DNA of 64,000 nucleotides, taken from NCBI GenBank assembly GCA_046761045.1, contig JBHIFJ010000003.1:4835-68834 (forward strand), given 5' to 3'. A program made the position numbers and the translations under genes. A model generated the notes under the pieces. The model had not been told where the DNA came from and made no database searches. It saw only the letters and a list, made by a program, of their open reading frames with translations. The DNA comes from Thermoplasmata archaeon (GTDB lineage: Archaea; Thermoplasmatota; Thermoplasmata; RBG-16-68-12; JAGMCJ01). Of the stretch, positions 1 to 8,487 are shown piece by piece; within the stretch, counting starts at the first letter, position 1, and the number at the start of each line of letters is the position of its first letter.

Positions 1-457
1 TGAGGGCGCCAAAGAACGTCGAGACAACGAAATTGCGCAGGTCCATCTTCGCGATTCCGGCCGGAAATGAGATGAACGACCTGGTCCCAGGGAGAGAGTG
101 TCCGATGAAGATGGAGATTCTGCCGTACTTCTCGAACCATCGCTCTGCCCGCTCAAGATGCTCCTCTCTCAGCCTGAAGTACTTCCCGAACCTGAGAACG
201 AAGCCCCTACCGAAGTAGAGACCGATGAAGTAAGCGACCGTGGACCCCAGCGTTGCGCCCACTGTCGCGACTATTATGACCGCCCATAAGACAAACTGAC
301 CCTCATATGCCAGGGAGCCAGCAAGTGGCAGGATCGCCTCGCTCGGAATGGGCGTGATTACTCCTTCGATGAACATCGCCAGGAAGATGCCAGGGTAGCC
401 CAGTACAAGAACCAGGTCCCTTATGAAACCAACTACAACCACGATAATCGAGGACAT
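1..457 (-). CDS. DedA / SNARE-associated family membrane protein; the C-terminus lies beyond the window edge
   Basis: This ORF is absent from the ORF track because it is open at the window edge. The reverse-strand ATG at 457 gives MSSIIVVVVGFIRDLVLVLGYPGIFLAMFIEGVITPIPSEAILPLAG...LRFGKYFRLREEHLERAERWFEKYGRISIFIGH, which is a typical DedA core. Confidence 0.7.
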   Translation of the reverse strand, partial: MSSIIVVVVGFIRDLVLVLGYPGIFLAMFIEGVITPIPSEAILPLAGSLAYEGQFVLWAVIIVATVGATLGSTVAYFIGLYFGRGFVLRFGKYFRLREEHLERAERWFEKYGRISIFIGHSLPGTRSFISFPAGIAKMDLRNFVVSTFFGAL

Positions 458-487
458 TTGGCGGCGACTATGAGGCGGACACCTTAG

Positions 488-1738
488 TTAATGTTTTGCT
501 CCCACGTACTGGCCGGTCGGCTTGGCCACAACCTCCTCCTCGACTATGAGCTCTCCGCGCAGGAACGTTGCCAAGGGGAAGACACCTTTCCACCCCTCGT
601 ATGGGGTCCAGCCGCATCTGGAATGCAGGTCATCTGCTCTGATTTTCCGCGGTTTCTTGAGGTCGACGACAATCATGTCGGCATCGTATCCGATCTCGAT
701 CTTGCCCTTACTCAGGGAAAGCAGCTCCGCTGGTCTCTCACAGACTGCGTTGACGAACCTCTTGAGCGGTAGGCTTTTCAGCCTGACCCTCTCGAGCAGA
801 AGAGGGATCATCGTTTCCACACCTGGCATTCCCGCCGGGGCGGAGTCAAAACCCGCCTCCTTCTCCTCCAGTGTGTGAGGTGCATGGTCGGATGCGGCCA
901 CATCGATTCTTCCATCAGCAAAGGCAGACCAGAGGGCGTTCTGATCGCTCTTGTGCCTGATGGGTGGGTTCACCTTCGCCAAGGCCCCCAGGCCGCAATT
1001 TACATTGAGAAAGAGGTGATTGGGCGTCACCTCGCTCGTGAGCCCTGCACCAGCAAGCGATTCCACACCCCTCTTCGATGACAGGTGGGCTATGTGGATT
1101 CTACGAACGCCAACGAGCCGCTTTACCATCTGAATTCCGCTCACCTCAGCGCTGTCTGGCCTTGCCGAAAGGTGGTCCTCGAGCCTGCTTCCCGCCGCAT
1201 CTCTAATCCGATTGGGATCTTCACAATGAACGGAGATGAATTTTCCCACCGCGGAGAGTTCCTTTCTCAGGCCAAGCAACCCATCGAAGTCGCGGACCGC
1301 CAGATCCCCCGTCGAGATGGTCAAGTAGGTCTTGAGCGCGGTGGCGACCTCCGCGAGACCTCTGATATCGCTGTTTTCCGTGAGGGCCGCGTACAGCCCG
1401 AAGTCGACAAGTGCCTTCCTCTCCACAGCTTCGGCCTTGTCCTTAATCCTCTCCGGGGTCGTTGCCGGAGGGATCGTGTTCGGCATGTCGAAAACGCATG
1501 TAATTCCGCCAAAGGCCGCGGCTGTTGTGCCCGACAAGAAATCCTCCTTCCCCGTCATCCCAGGCTCGCGGAAGTGCACGTGCAGATCGATGCCAGCGGG
1601 AAGAATCAACCCGCCAAAGCGCAGCTTCTCGTCTCCCTTGAGAATCCGCTTGATTTCCCTTATCTTCCCGTTTTCCACGCCAATGCAACAATCCTGGGGG
1701 CCTCCACGAACGTATGCGCGACCCTCAATGATCTTCAT
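488..1738 (-). CDS. pyrC: Dihydroorotase (amidohydrolase superfamily)
   Basis: The 416-aa product carries the metal-binding motif DLHVHFREPG plus later HCED, IAHLSS and ASDHAPH motifs. Its length is typical of archaeal type I dihydroorotase. Confidence 0.8.
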   Translation of the reverse strand: MKIIEGRAYVRGGPQDCCIGVENGKIREIKRILKGDEKLRFGGLILPAGIDLHVHFREPGMTGKEDFLSGTTAAAFGGITCVFDMPNTIPPATTPERIKDKAEAVERKALVDFGLYAALTENSDIRGLAEVATALKTYLTISTGDLAVRDFDGLLGLRKELSAVGKFISVHCEDPNRIRDAAGSRLEDHLSARPDSAEVSGIQMVKRLVGVRRIHIAHLSSKRGVESLAGAGLTSEVTPNHLFLNVNCGLGALAKVNPPIRHKSDQNALWSAFADGRIDVAASDHAPHTLEEKEAGFDSAPAGMPGVETMIPLLLERVRLKSLPLKRFVNAVCERPAELLSLSKGKIEIGYDADMIVVDLKKPRKIRADDLHSRCGWTPYEGWKGVFPLATFLRGELIVEEEVVAKPTGQYVGAKH

Positions 1739-2336
1739 CCTTTCCTCCTAGGACGCGTCTCTCAATCTCCCCTCTCGGCGTTTTCTCCCCGAAAACCTCA
1801 GCGGAGAACCTGTATATCCTCGTGTCCTTGCTGAGCCAGTCCTCTGGCTTGAGGCCAGCCTTCATGCACGTGTTCGCCAGGAACTCCTCGACGCTCCATT
1901 CCCAGTCAACGGCGACTTGAGGCAGGAGAAGACCCCTGAAGATGCCCTTCCTGGCGATGAGTCCATCCTTTCCTATCTCGATTTCCGCCAAGTATTCCTT
2001 GGGCTTCTTGACTATGATCTCTTCGGGCGGAGTGAGCAGGCTCACCTCGATGACGATGCTATCCAGCTCATCCTCCCTTAGGGGCGGGAATCTCGGATCT
2101 CTTGTCGCCTCCTGCGCAGCCTTGACGAGCGCCTCCCTCAATGGAAAGAAGGGCTCAGGATATCCGATGCAGCCCCGGAGGAGTCTCTCTGGGTACGTGT
2201 CGATGGTGACAAAGACGCCTGACTTCGCCTCGAAGCTCTCGGGAAAATCGGTCTTGTACCCCTCGCCGCGAACATAGCTCTCGATTGTGCCCCTCGCCGC
2301 CCGAACGGCACGTTCCCCCTCTTCCTCGGAGTACAT
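1725..2336 (-). CDS. AMMECR1-domain protein
   Basis: The 203-aa product contains the LRGCIGYPEP motif and RDPRFPPL, both characteristic of AMMECR1. It overlaps the pyrC start by 14 nt, which suggests an operon. Confidence 0.85.
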   Translation of the reverse strand: MYSEEEGERAVRAARGTIESYVRGEGYKTDFPESFEAKSGVFVTIDTYPERLLRGCIGYPEPFFPLREALVKAAQEATRDPRFPPLREDELDSIVIEVSLLTPPEEIIVKKPKEYLAEIEIGKDGLIARKGIFRGLLLPQVAVDWEWSVEEFLANTCMKAGLKPEDWLSKDTRIYRFSAEVFGEKTPRGEIERRVLGGKDEDH

Positions 2337-2405
2337 CCGAGCACATAATCGGGATGCACAACTTAAACTCTTGGATATTCACAATCTTTAAATGAAGACA
2401 CCTCA

Positions 2406-2963
2406 TTGGGAGAACTCGTGCTGAGCAAAGGGGATCTGTCGGTTCCAGTCATGGAGGTCATGTCGAGGAATCCCGTCTCTGTCGGACCGAAGGAAACCGT
2501 CGACAAAGCCTCAAAGCTGATGAAAGACAGGAACATAGGCAGCTTGGTGGTCGTGAAGAACGGAAAGCCCGTCGGCATAATCACAGAGAAGGACATCGTG
2601 GCGAAGGTGGTCGCCGAGGACGCCAAGCCCTCTGCTGTCAAGGTGAAGGAGATCATGAGCAGTCCCGTGAAGACAATACATCCCCATGACTCAATCGAGG
2701 ATGCCGCCAAGCTCATGGCCGAGAGCAAGATCAGAAGGCTTGTCGTCGCAGACAAGAAGAAGCTTCTCGGGATCGTGACGGAGAACGACATTCTCTCCAT
2801 ATGGCCGAGCCTCATCGAGCTTACGAGAGAGGTCTCCAGAATATCCTCTGAGGACTATCAGGTTCGGGGCGTTCGGGGTTATTGTGAGATGTGCCGTGCT
2901 TTCACGTATGACCTCCAGGAGGTTCAAGGCCAGCTTGTGTGCAGGGATTGTCGCGAGAGATAA
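2406..2963 (+). CDS. CBS-pair protein with a C-terminal zinc ribbon
   Basis: Two CBS repeats are visible (VMSRNPVSV...GIITEKDI and IMSSPVKTI...GIVTENDI), followed by CEMC-x15-CRDC. The start is uncertain: the track start at 2406 is TTG, and GTG 2418 or ATG 2451 are alternatives. Confidence 0.75.
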   Translation: MGELVLSKGDLSVPVMEVMSRNPVSVGPKETVDKASKLMKDRNIGSLVVVKNGKPVGIITEKDIVAKVVAEDAKPSAVKVKEIMSSPVKTIHPHDSIEDAAKLMAESKIRRLVVADKKKLLGIVTENDILSIWPSLIELTREVSRISSEDYQVRGVRGYCEMCRAFTYDLQEVQGQLVCRDCRER

Positions 2964-3010
2964 TCACAACAAAAGCTTTATTATTGGACCCAAATCCTTC
3001 CGCTGTGAGA

Positions 3011-3424
3011 ATGAAGTTTGTGAAGATTTCTCAGGATGAACTGACCAGGGTAAGGCAGCTCTACGAGAGCATCATGTCCTTCGCCTGTCACGGACTCTTC
3101 TTTCGCGAAGGAATCCTTTACGGCACGGAGATCGCCAACATCGCGAAGAAGACCGAGGACACCTACTTCGACGTTGTCGCCAACATCATGAAGGCTCGAG
3201 GGTGGGTCGATTCGATCATTTTCGGGGACAACGAGGCAATCGTCAAGGGTTCCATTGAGATACGGTCGGGGGGCGGCACGGAAACGTGCCACAGGATTAG
3301 AGGAATCATAGCCAAGGTGTACGAGGAACATCTCGGCAGAAAAATGAGATGTATGGAGATGAGTTGTGAGAGTACGGGAAAGAACAGCTGTGTGTTCATA
3401 GTAGAACCAGAGACCATGGAGTGA
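3011..3424 (+). CDS. V4R-domain protein (4-vinyl-reductase-like small-molecule-binding domain)
   Basis: The C-terminal pattern CHRIRG...CMEMSCESTGKNSCVFIVE is typical of V4R. I place the start at ATG 3011, about 25-30 nt after the AT-rich box AAGCTTTATTATT, rather than at the overlapping track start 2939. Confidence 0.55.
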   Translation: MKFVKISQDELTRVRQLYESIMSFACHGLFFREGILYGTEIANIAKKTEDTYFDVVANIMKARGWVDSIIFGDNEAIVKGSIEIRSGGGTETCHRIRGIIAKVYEEHLGRKMRCMEMSCESTGKNSCVFIVEPETME

Positions 3425-3429
3425 CGAAT

Positions 3430-3774
3430 ATGGAAGAAATGCTCAAGGAGTTGAGAAAATCGTGCGGAGCGGTTGCATCCGCTCTTGTTGGAAAGGACGG
3501 TCTAGTGATGTCGTCCGATGTTCCAGACGAAGTCTCCCTCGAGACGTTTGGAATCATGAGTGCGACAATAGTCGGAGCCAGTGTCACGGCCGCAACAGAA
3601 CTGGGAAGGGAGGAACCCTCAAAGGTGACTGTGGACACCGGAGATCTGAGGGTGCTGATCTACAATGCAGGCAAGCGGAGCCTCCTGGTCGTCGCTGTTC
3701 CAAGTGATAAGAGCACAGAGGAGGTCGACGAATCCGTCAAAGACATCCTGGCCCATGCGAGGGAGCCCAAGTGA
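3430..3774 (+). CDS. Roadblock/LC7 (MglB-like) domain protein
   Basis: The sequence ...GAVASALVGKDGLVMSSD...ETFGIMSATIVGAS...LRVLIYNAGKRSLLVVAVP shows the classic Roadblock/LC7 pattern. The gene directly follows the V4R gene. Confidence 0.7.
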   Translation: MEEMLKELRKSCGAVASALVGKDGLVMSSDVPDEVSLETFGIMSATIVGASVTAATELGREEPSKVTVDTGDLRVLIYNAGKRSLLVVAVPSDKSTEEVDESVKDILAHAREPK

Positions 3775-5593
3775 GACCCAGCTCCTTGATTTTCTCCTCC
3801 GTGGGTTCTCCCTTTCTGTCCCATCCTCTCGCGATGAAGTAGTTGTCCAGCATCTTCTCCATCTCTTCTTCCGTCACGACATGGCCCTCGGACGCCCCTT
3901 CTGGAATCGGCATGGTCAGAATCCGCTTCGGCAGCCTGAAGTCCTCTCTTGTGATACCCTCCCTCAGGTTGAACATGTGCTTGAGATTGTTGACTCTCTC
4001 CCCCGTCTTCAGGATGTCCGATTCTGGAAACTCCAGGCCAGACACGGACTTGAGGATGTCAATGAAACCCTCCGCTAGGAAGTATCCCCGCGAGAATTTG
4101 CACACACCAAGGATGTCATAGACCGTCATGAGGTCCTCGAGCTCCATTATCTCGACCCCCTTGCCTTCTGCCGTGAACCTGTTCACGTTCTCGAATTTCC
4201 AGAACTTGCCGGTCAGTTCGAGGGCATATGCGCAACTGCGGAGGTGGCATGCACCTCTCGAGGATGTCATGAACGCAAGTGCCATGCCCTTTATCCCCCT
4301 GACATCGTAGGCGGGCGGTTCCATCCCCTTCACATGAACAGCGTAGTCCTCGGCTCCCTTTCCGATTCCCTTGCTGGCTCTTTTGACACCTTCTGCAAGC
4401 ACATCACCCAGTCCCTCCCTCCTCGCGATCATCTCGATGAGCCTCAACTCTGCCTCTGGATCCCCGAATCTCAGTTCCATCCCGCCTGCGTCCTCCTTCG
4501 TGAGAATCCCATCCTCGAAGAGATCCATCGCGAATGCCACGGCGGCACCCGCGGAGATGCCATCGAGACCGTAGAGATCGCACATTTCGTTCGCCTTGGC
4601 AAGCTTCTCGATCTCTCCCATCCCGCAGAGGCCGCCCAGTGAGAATAGCAGCTCATACTCGATGCCATCGATTCTTAGTCCAGCGTATTCTCCTTTCTCG
4701 ATGGAGAAGATTCTGCCACACGGCTTGGTGCAGGCGAAGCAGGCATTGTTCCTCTCTGTGTAGATTGGAGCCCAATGATATGGGTCGATTTCCTTCCTGC
4801 CGTCAAAGACGCCCTCCCGCCAGTTCCTCGTCGGGAAGGTCCCCTTCTCCGCGTTCATCCATTCAAGGAACTCTCCCGTTCCGTACTTCGTGTCGTCATT
4901 GAAGGCAGCGCTCTCAATCATCCTTTCGTGATACTCGAGACAGATATCCATCAGTCTAGTTGCGTCGTCCGGCACGAGGTCGCCCGTTCCCTTGACAGCA
5001 ATCGCCTTCAGGTTCTTCGAGCCCATCACAGCCCCGAGGCCGCCTCTTCCAGACTGCCTGTCCTCACAGTCAATGCACGCGAATCTGACGAGATTCTCCC
5101 CTGCGATTCCTATGGCCGCGATGACCGCATCGCCCTCATCCTTTCTGATGGCCTCTGCCGTCTCTCGTGTGTCCTCTCCCCACAGGTCCTCCGCACTTCT
5201 CACCTCAACGTTCTCGTCGTCGACGATTATGTAAGAGGGTGAATCCGCCTTTCCTGAGACGAGAAGGAGGTCGTATCCGGCCCGCTTGAGCTCACCCCCG
5301 ATTCTGGCTCCCATCACCGACTCAGCGATCGTTCCAGTCAGCGGAGACTTCGCGCAGAAGAGCGCCTTGCCTCCTGTTGGTACTGGGAAGCCATTGAAGA
5401 GCCCTGGAGCCATGGCAAGCAGGTTTGAAGGGCCGAGGGCGTCCGCGTGCGGCGCCATCTCGTCGTACAGGAACCTCGCGGCGAATCCAATCCCACCAAG
5501 ATACTTTTCGGCAAGCGATTTCGGAAGCGGTGACTTCTCAGACGACCGTGAGGCGAGATTCACTTTCAGGATTTCCCCCGCGAATCCCTTCAT
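3737..5593 (-). CDS. Aldehyde:ferredoxin oxidoreductase family enzyme (tungstopterin type)
   Basis: The 618-aa product has the AOR N-terminus (GEILKVNLASR...YLGGIGFAARFLYDE) and conserved CxxxC/GLDxIS-type blocks (CFACTKPCGR, DLYGLDGISAG). It is translationally coupled to an upstream ferredoxin gene. Confidence 0.9.
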   Translation of the reverse strand: MKGFAGEILKVNLASRSSEKSPLPKSLAEKYLGGIGFAARFLYDEMAPHADALGPSNLLAMAPGLFNGFPVPTGGKALFCAKSPLTGTIAESVMGARIGGELKRAGYDLLLVSGKADSPSYIIVDDENVEVRSAEDLWGEDTRETAEAIRKDEGDAVIAAIGIAGENLVRFACIDCEDRQSGRGGLGAVMGSKNLKAIAVKGTGDLVPDDATRLMDICLEYHERMIESAAFNDDTKYGTGEFLEWMNAEKGTFPTRNWREGVFDGRKEIDPYHWAPIYTERNNACFACTKPCGRIFSIEKGEYAGLRIDGIEYELLFSLGGLCGMGEIEKLAKANEMCDLYGLDGISAGAAVAFAMDLFEDGILTKEDAGGMELRFGDPEAELRLIEMIARREGLGDVLAEGVKRASKGIGKGAEDYAVHVKGMEPPAYDVRGIKGMALAFMTSSRGACHLRSCAYALELTGKFWKFENVNRFTAEGKGVEIMELEDLMTVYDILGVCKFSRGYFLAEGFIDILKSVSGLEFPESDILKTGERVNNLKHMFNLREGITREDFRLPKRILTMPIPEGASEGHVVTEEEMEKMLDNYFIARGWDRKGEPTEEKIKELGLTWAPSHGPGCL

Positions 5594-6039
5594 CTCCTCA
5601 CCTCCGCCAGGCTTCTGGCATTCTCATACTTCTCTGGAATGCCCTCCTCGTAGGTTATCGCCTCAAGCGAGCAGAACTTCACGCAGGTCGGGTCGCCGTC
5701 GCAGAGGTTGCACTTGAAGGCAACATCATTCCTCATGTGGATGGCATCGAAAGGACAGGCCTCGACACACTCCCCGCAGCCTATGCACTCCTCGCGAACG
5801 ACCTCAATCACAACACCGCTCACCTCCTTGATGCACTCGACCGGGCAAACCTCTGCGCATTCCTTGTTGCATGAGGCCCCCTGATTGCATACGACGGGAA
5901 CATTCCTGTCGATGCCCTTCCTGTGAACCCTTATTCGAGCCCATTCCTTGTTGGCGAGCTCTTCGTGATGAAGCGAGCAGGTCATCTCGCACATTCTGCA
6001 GCCAGTGCAGAGCTCCAAGTGCGGAACAATTGCCCTCAT
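5590..6039 (-). CDS. 4Fe-4S dicluster ferredoxin-domain protein (AOR partner)
   Basis: The 149-aa product has multiple CxxCxxCxxxC(P) motifs (CTGCRMCEMTC, CIGCGECVEACP, CNLCDGDPTCVKFC). It overlaps the AOR start by 4 nt. Confidence 0.85.
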   Translation of the reverse strand: MRAIVPHLELCTGCRMCEMTCSLHHEELANKEWARIRVHRKGIDRNVPVVCNQGASCNKECAEVCPVECIKEVSGVVIEVVREECIGCGECVEACPFDAIHMRNDVAFKCNLCDGDPTCVKFCSLEAITYEEGIPEKYENARSLAEVRR

Positions 6040-6123
6040 CCTATCCCCCTCTGAAATCTTTGGCAGGAATAAAAAGGCTGTTGTGTTGGAGCGAGCATAT
6101 CGCTTTCAATCGACAGCGAGATT

Positions 6124-7116
6124 CTAGTCCAAGTCGATATCGGAAAGCCTTGGTGCAGGAACAGACTCCTCTGCCTTGATCCTGGACTTTATCGCGAGTC
6201 TGACGGCACCCCGGATGTTTCCCGTCTGTTTCACTCTTACTGCTCTTCTCAGGAGATCGATAGCACCGGTCGTGTCCCCTCCCTTCTTCTCAACATGCGT
6301 AATCTTGGATTGCGCCCTTCTTACGGCGTCCTGAAATATCTTCATCTGCAGGACCGTGGTCTTTGCGATCTCGGCGCTGAGATTGGCGGCCCTGGTCGCC
6401 GAGAGGTAGTCGCCGCTCTCGTATGACTCCCTTGCGCTGATGAGGACGACCTCTGCTCGGGCAAGATCGGAAGGCACCTTGGACAGCTCCTCGTCGATTC
6501 TCGTCGACGCGCTCTCAATTGCCGCAACGGCGGATTCCCTAACACCTTCGTCACCGACCCATATGTTGGATCCGCAATCCGGGCATGTGCTCAACTCGGG
6601 GCCGACCTCTCTGTTGCACATCGGACAAAGGAACTCGGAGATGGACTTCCTCTCGGTCTCGAAGTCCAGCCATATCGCGGTTCCACAGCTTGAGCAACGG
6701 TCCTCCAGGAGGCTGACGACCACCCCGCAGACCGGACATCTGTAGTTGACATCCCTCTCTCTTTCCCTGTTGACGTAGTCGATTCCGCAATGAGGGCACT
6801 TGGTTGCATTTGGATCCACGATCTCATCGCAGAAGGGACATCTGAACTCGATTTCCTTTTCCTTGACCTCGATTCTGGGAGAACCACACATCTCACAGGC
6901 CTGGCCCTCAAGAGGACTCCCGCATACGAGACACATCGCCGTCGAATCCTCGGTCGGTGCGGGCAGCGGTTCCACGCCAACCTGTGTGTGCTGTCTATCC
7001 TTCTTGGGCTGGGCAGAGGGAGCTCCGCAGATGGGACACATCTCTTCGTCCCCATAGACAGCAGTGCAGATTCTGCAGACCCTCATCCTAGATGGCCGCA
7101 CGAACAATGCAGACAC
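6124..7116 (-). CDS. Protein with five tandem zinc ribbons and a C-terminal helical domain (function unknown)
   Basis: Five zinc ribbons are present: CRIC..CPIC, CLVC..CEMC, CPFC..CPHC, CPVC..CSSC and CPMC..CPDC. A helical tail of about 130 aa follows. The track start at 7116 is GTG, and ATG 7086 (MRVCRIC) is an alternative. Confidence 0.7.
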   Translation of the reverse strand: MSALFVRPSRMRVCRICTAVYGDEEMCPICGAPSAQPKKDRQHTQVGVEPLPAPTEDSTAMCLVCGSPLEGQACEMCGSPRIEVKEKEIEFRCPFCDEIVDPNATKCPHCGIDYVNRERERDVNYRCPVCGVVVSLLEDRCSSCGTAIWLDFETERKSISEFLCPMCNREVGPELSTCPDCGSNIWVGDEGVRESAVAAIESASTRIDEELSKVPSDLARAEVVLISARESYESGDYLSATRAANLSAEIAKTTVLQMKIFQDAVRRAQSKITHVEKKGGDTTGAIDLLRRAVRVKQTGNIRGAVRLAIKSRIKAEESVPAPRLSDIDLD

Positions 7117-7221
7117 TTCATTGATAGAAAAGCTTTTGGTGGCATTATCAGACCACGGAATCAGGTGGGTTGGACATCACTTTTCAGACACTGGGGAGGC
7201 AGCGCAACGATTTTATATGAT

Positions 7222-7250
7222 ACAAAAAAACGTACAAATGAGATTAAATA
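7222..7250 (+). promoter_or_regulatory. Shared operator-plus-TATA element, copy 1 (promoter of the membrane wHTH regulator)
   Basis: The sequence ACAAAAAAACGTACAAATGAGATTAAATA ends 25 nt before ATG 7275. Its spacing is identical to the copies at 8352 and 11383. Confidence 0.65.
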
Positions 7251-7274
7251 GTGGGACCAAGATAAAGAATACTG

Positions 7275-8273
7275 ATGGTGAGAGTGAGGTTCCTATCACT
7301 CGTTCTTCTTTCATCCTTTCTTGCATTTGGATTCATGATGGCGGGGGCTTCGGCCGGAGAAATGTTTGGTCAGGTTGCCGACATCGGCATGATTGACCAG
7401 ACACAGCTTTTCTTGCGCGTTCGCTCGGATTTCGACATCATTGACAGTGGAAGCGTCATCCCCATCTACGTGACTGTTGTCGATCAGCACGACGTTCCCG
7501 TACCTGGTGTGACAGTGAAGGTCTCTGTTGTGTCGCCCTCTGGGGAACGAGTTGACTCGTTGTACGTCACGGATTCCAATGGCGAGGTGACATTCGACTT
7601 CACAGCATCCACTCAAGGTCAGGATGAGTACGCAATCGAGTTCTTCGCGGAGAAGGTCAAATGCATACCCGATAACGACCGCCTATCAATGGTCGTCTTC
7701 GCGCCCTCTCCCCCCTTAAGCATCGAGGACGGAACGGAAGCGGTCTCCGTGGGGATAGGTGTTCTCGTCGCTGCCGCCTTTCTCAGCACGGAAGCTGGCT
7801 GGTACGCGATATTCAGAACGCTGATATTCCCGCTGTACACTAGACTCAGGAAGGAGGAGATACTCGATCACTTCGTTCGTGGGCAGATTTACGGTTTCAT
7901 AATGTCTCATCCAGGCGAGCACTACAATGCCATCAGAGGGTATCTGAAGGTCACGAATGGAACGCTCTCACATCACCTCAGGACATTGGAGATGCAGGGC
8001 TTCATAAAGTCACATCGAGATGGCGTCTTGAAGAGGTTCTATCCCGTTGACATGAGGATCCCACGGGATAAGGGCATAAAGCTCAGTGATCTTCAGATGG
8101 GTATGGTGGAGGTGATAAGGAGCTCCGATGGCGCCACGCAGGCTGACATCTGCAAGGAGCTCGGAGTGAGCCAGCAATGCGTGAGCTACAACCTCCGCAA
8201 CCTCAGTCGGGAGGGCGTTCTGAGGTTCGAGAGGGATGGAAGACTGAAGAGATATTATCTAGTAGACAACTGA
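7275..8273 (+). CDS. Membrane-tethered transcription regulator: signal peptide, Ig-like (Big_1-like) ectodomain, TM helix, two winged-helix HTH domains
   Basis: The domain order is as follows. An N-terminal hydrophobic signal (LSLVLLSSFLAFGFMMAGASA) is followed by an Ig-like block (IPIYVTVVDQHDVPVPGVTVKVSVVSPSGE..DSNGEVTFDF). A TM segment (VSVGIGVLVAAAFL) precedes two ArsR/MarR-like wHTH units (GEHYNAIRGYLKVTNGTLSHHLRTLEMQGFI and ATQADICKELGVSQQCVSYNLRNLSREGVL). Confidence 0.7.
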   Translation: MVRVRFLSLVLLSSFLAFGFMMAGASAGEMFGQVADIGMIDQTQLFLRVRSDFDIIDSGSVIPIYVTVVDQHDVPVPGVTVKVSVVSPSGERVDSLYVTDSNGEVTFDFTASTQGQDEYAIEFFAEKVKCIPDNDRLSMVVFAPSPPLSIEDGTEAVSVGIGVLVAAAFLSTEAGWYAIFRTLIFPLYTRLRKEEILDHFVRGQIYGFIMSHPGEHYNAIRGYLKVTNGTLSHHLRTLEMQGFIKSHRDGVLKRFYPVDMRIPRDKGIKLSDLQMGMVEVIRSSDGATQADICKELGVSQQCVSYNLRNLSREGVLRFERDGRLKRYYLVDN

Positions 8274-8351
8274 TGCAGGCAAGCGGGCCCGTGGGCAGTC
8301 GTTGGGGCCCACCTCGTAGGCACGAGGTGTACCAATAAGTTTAAATATTAT

Positions 8352-8380
8352 ACAAAACACCGTACAAATCTGCTTTTATA
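8352..8380 (+). promoter_or_regulatory. Shared operator-plus-TATA element, copy 2 (promoter of the ABC binding-protein gene)
   Basis: The sequence is ACAAAACACCGTACAAATCTGCTTTTATA. It lies about 108 nt upstream of ATG 8488, which is preceded by a GGAGGA Shine-Dalgarno-like site. Confidence 0.65.
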
Positions 8381-8487
8381 CGCTATTCGAAATTCGTTCT
8401 ACAGTTGGGTGCGGCTGCTTGTTGAGTAGACGCGCCGCGTAGGACGACAACCTAGAATTTGTGAGTAACCTGCATGCAGGAGGAAAA

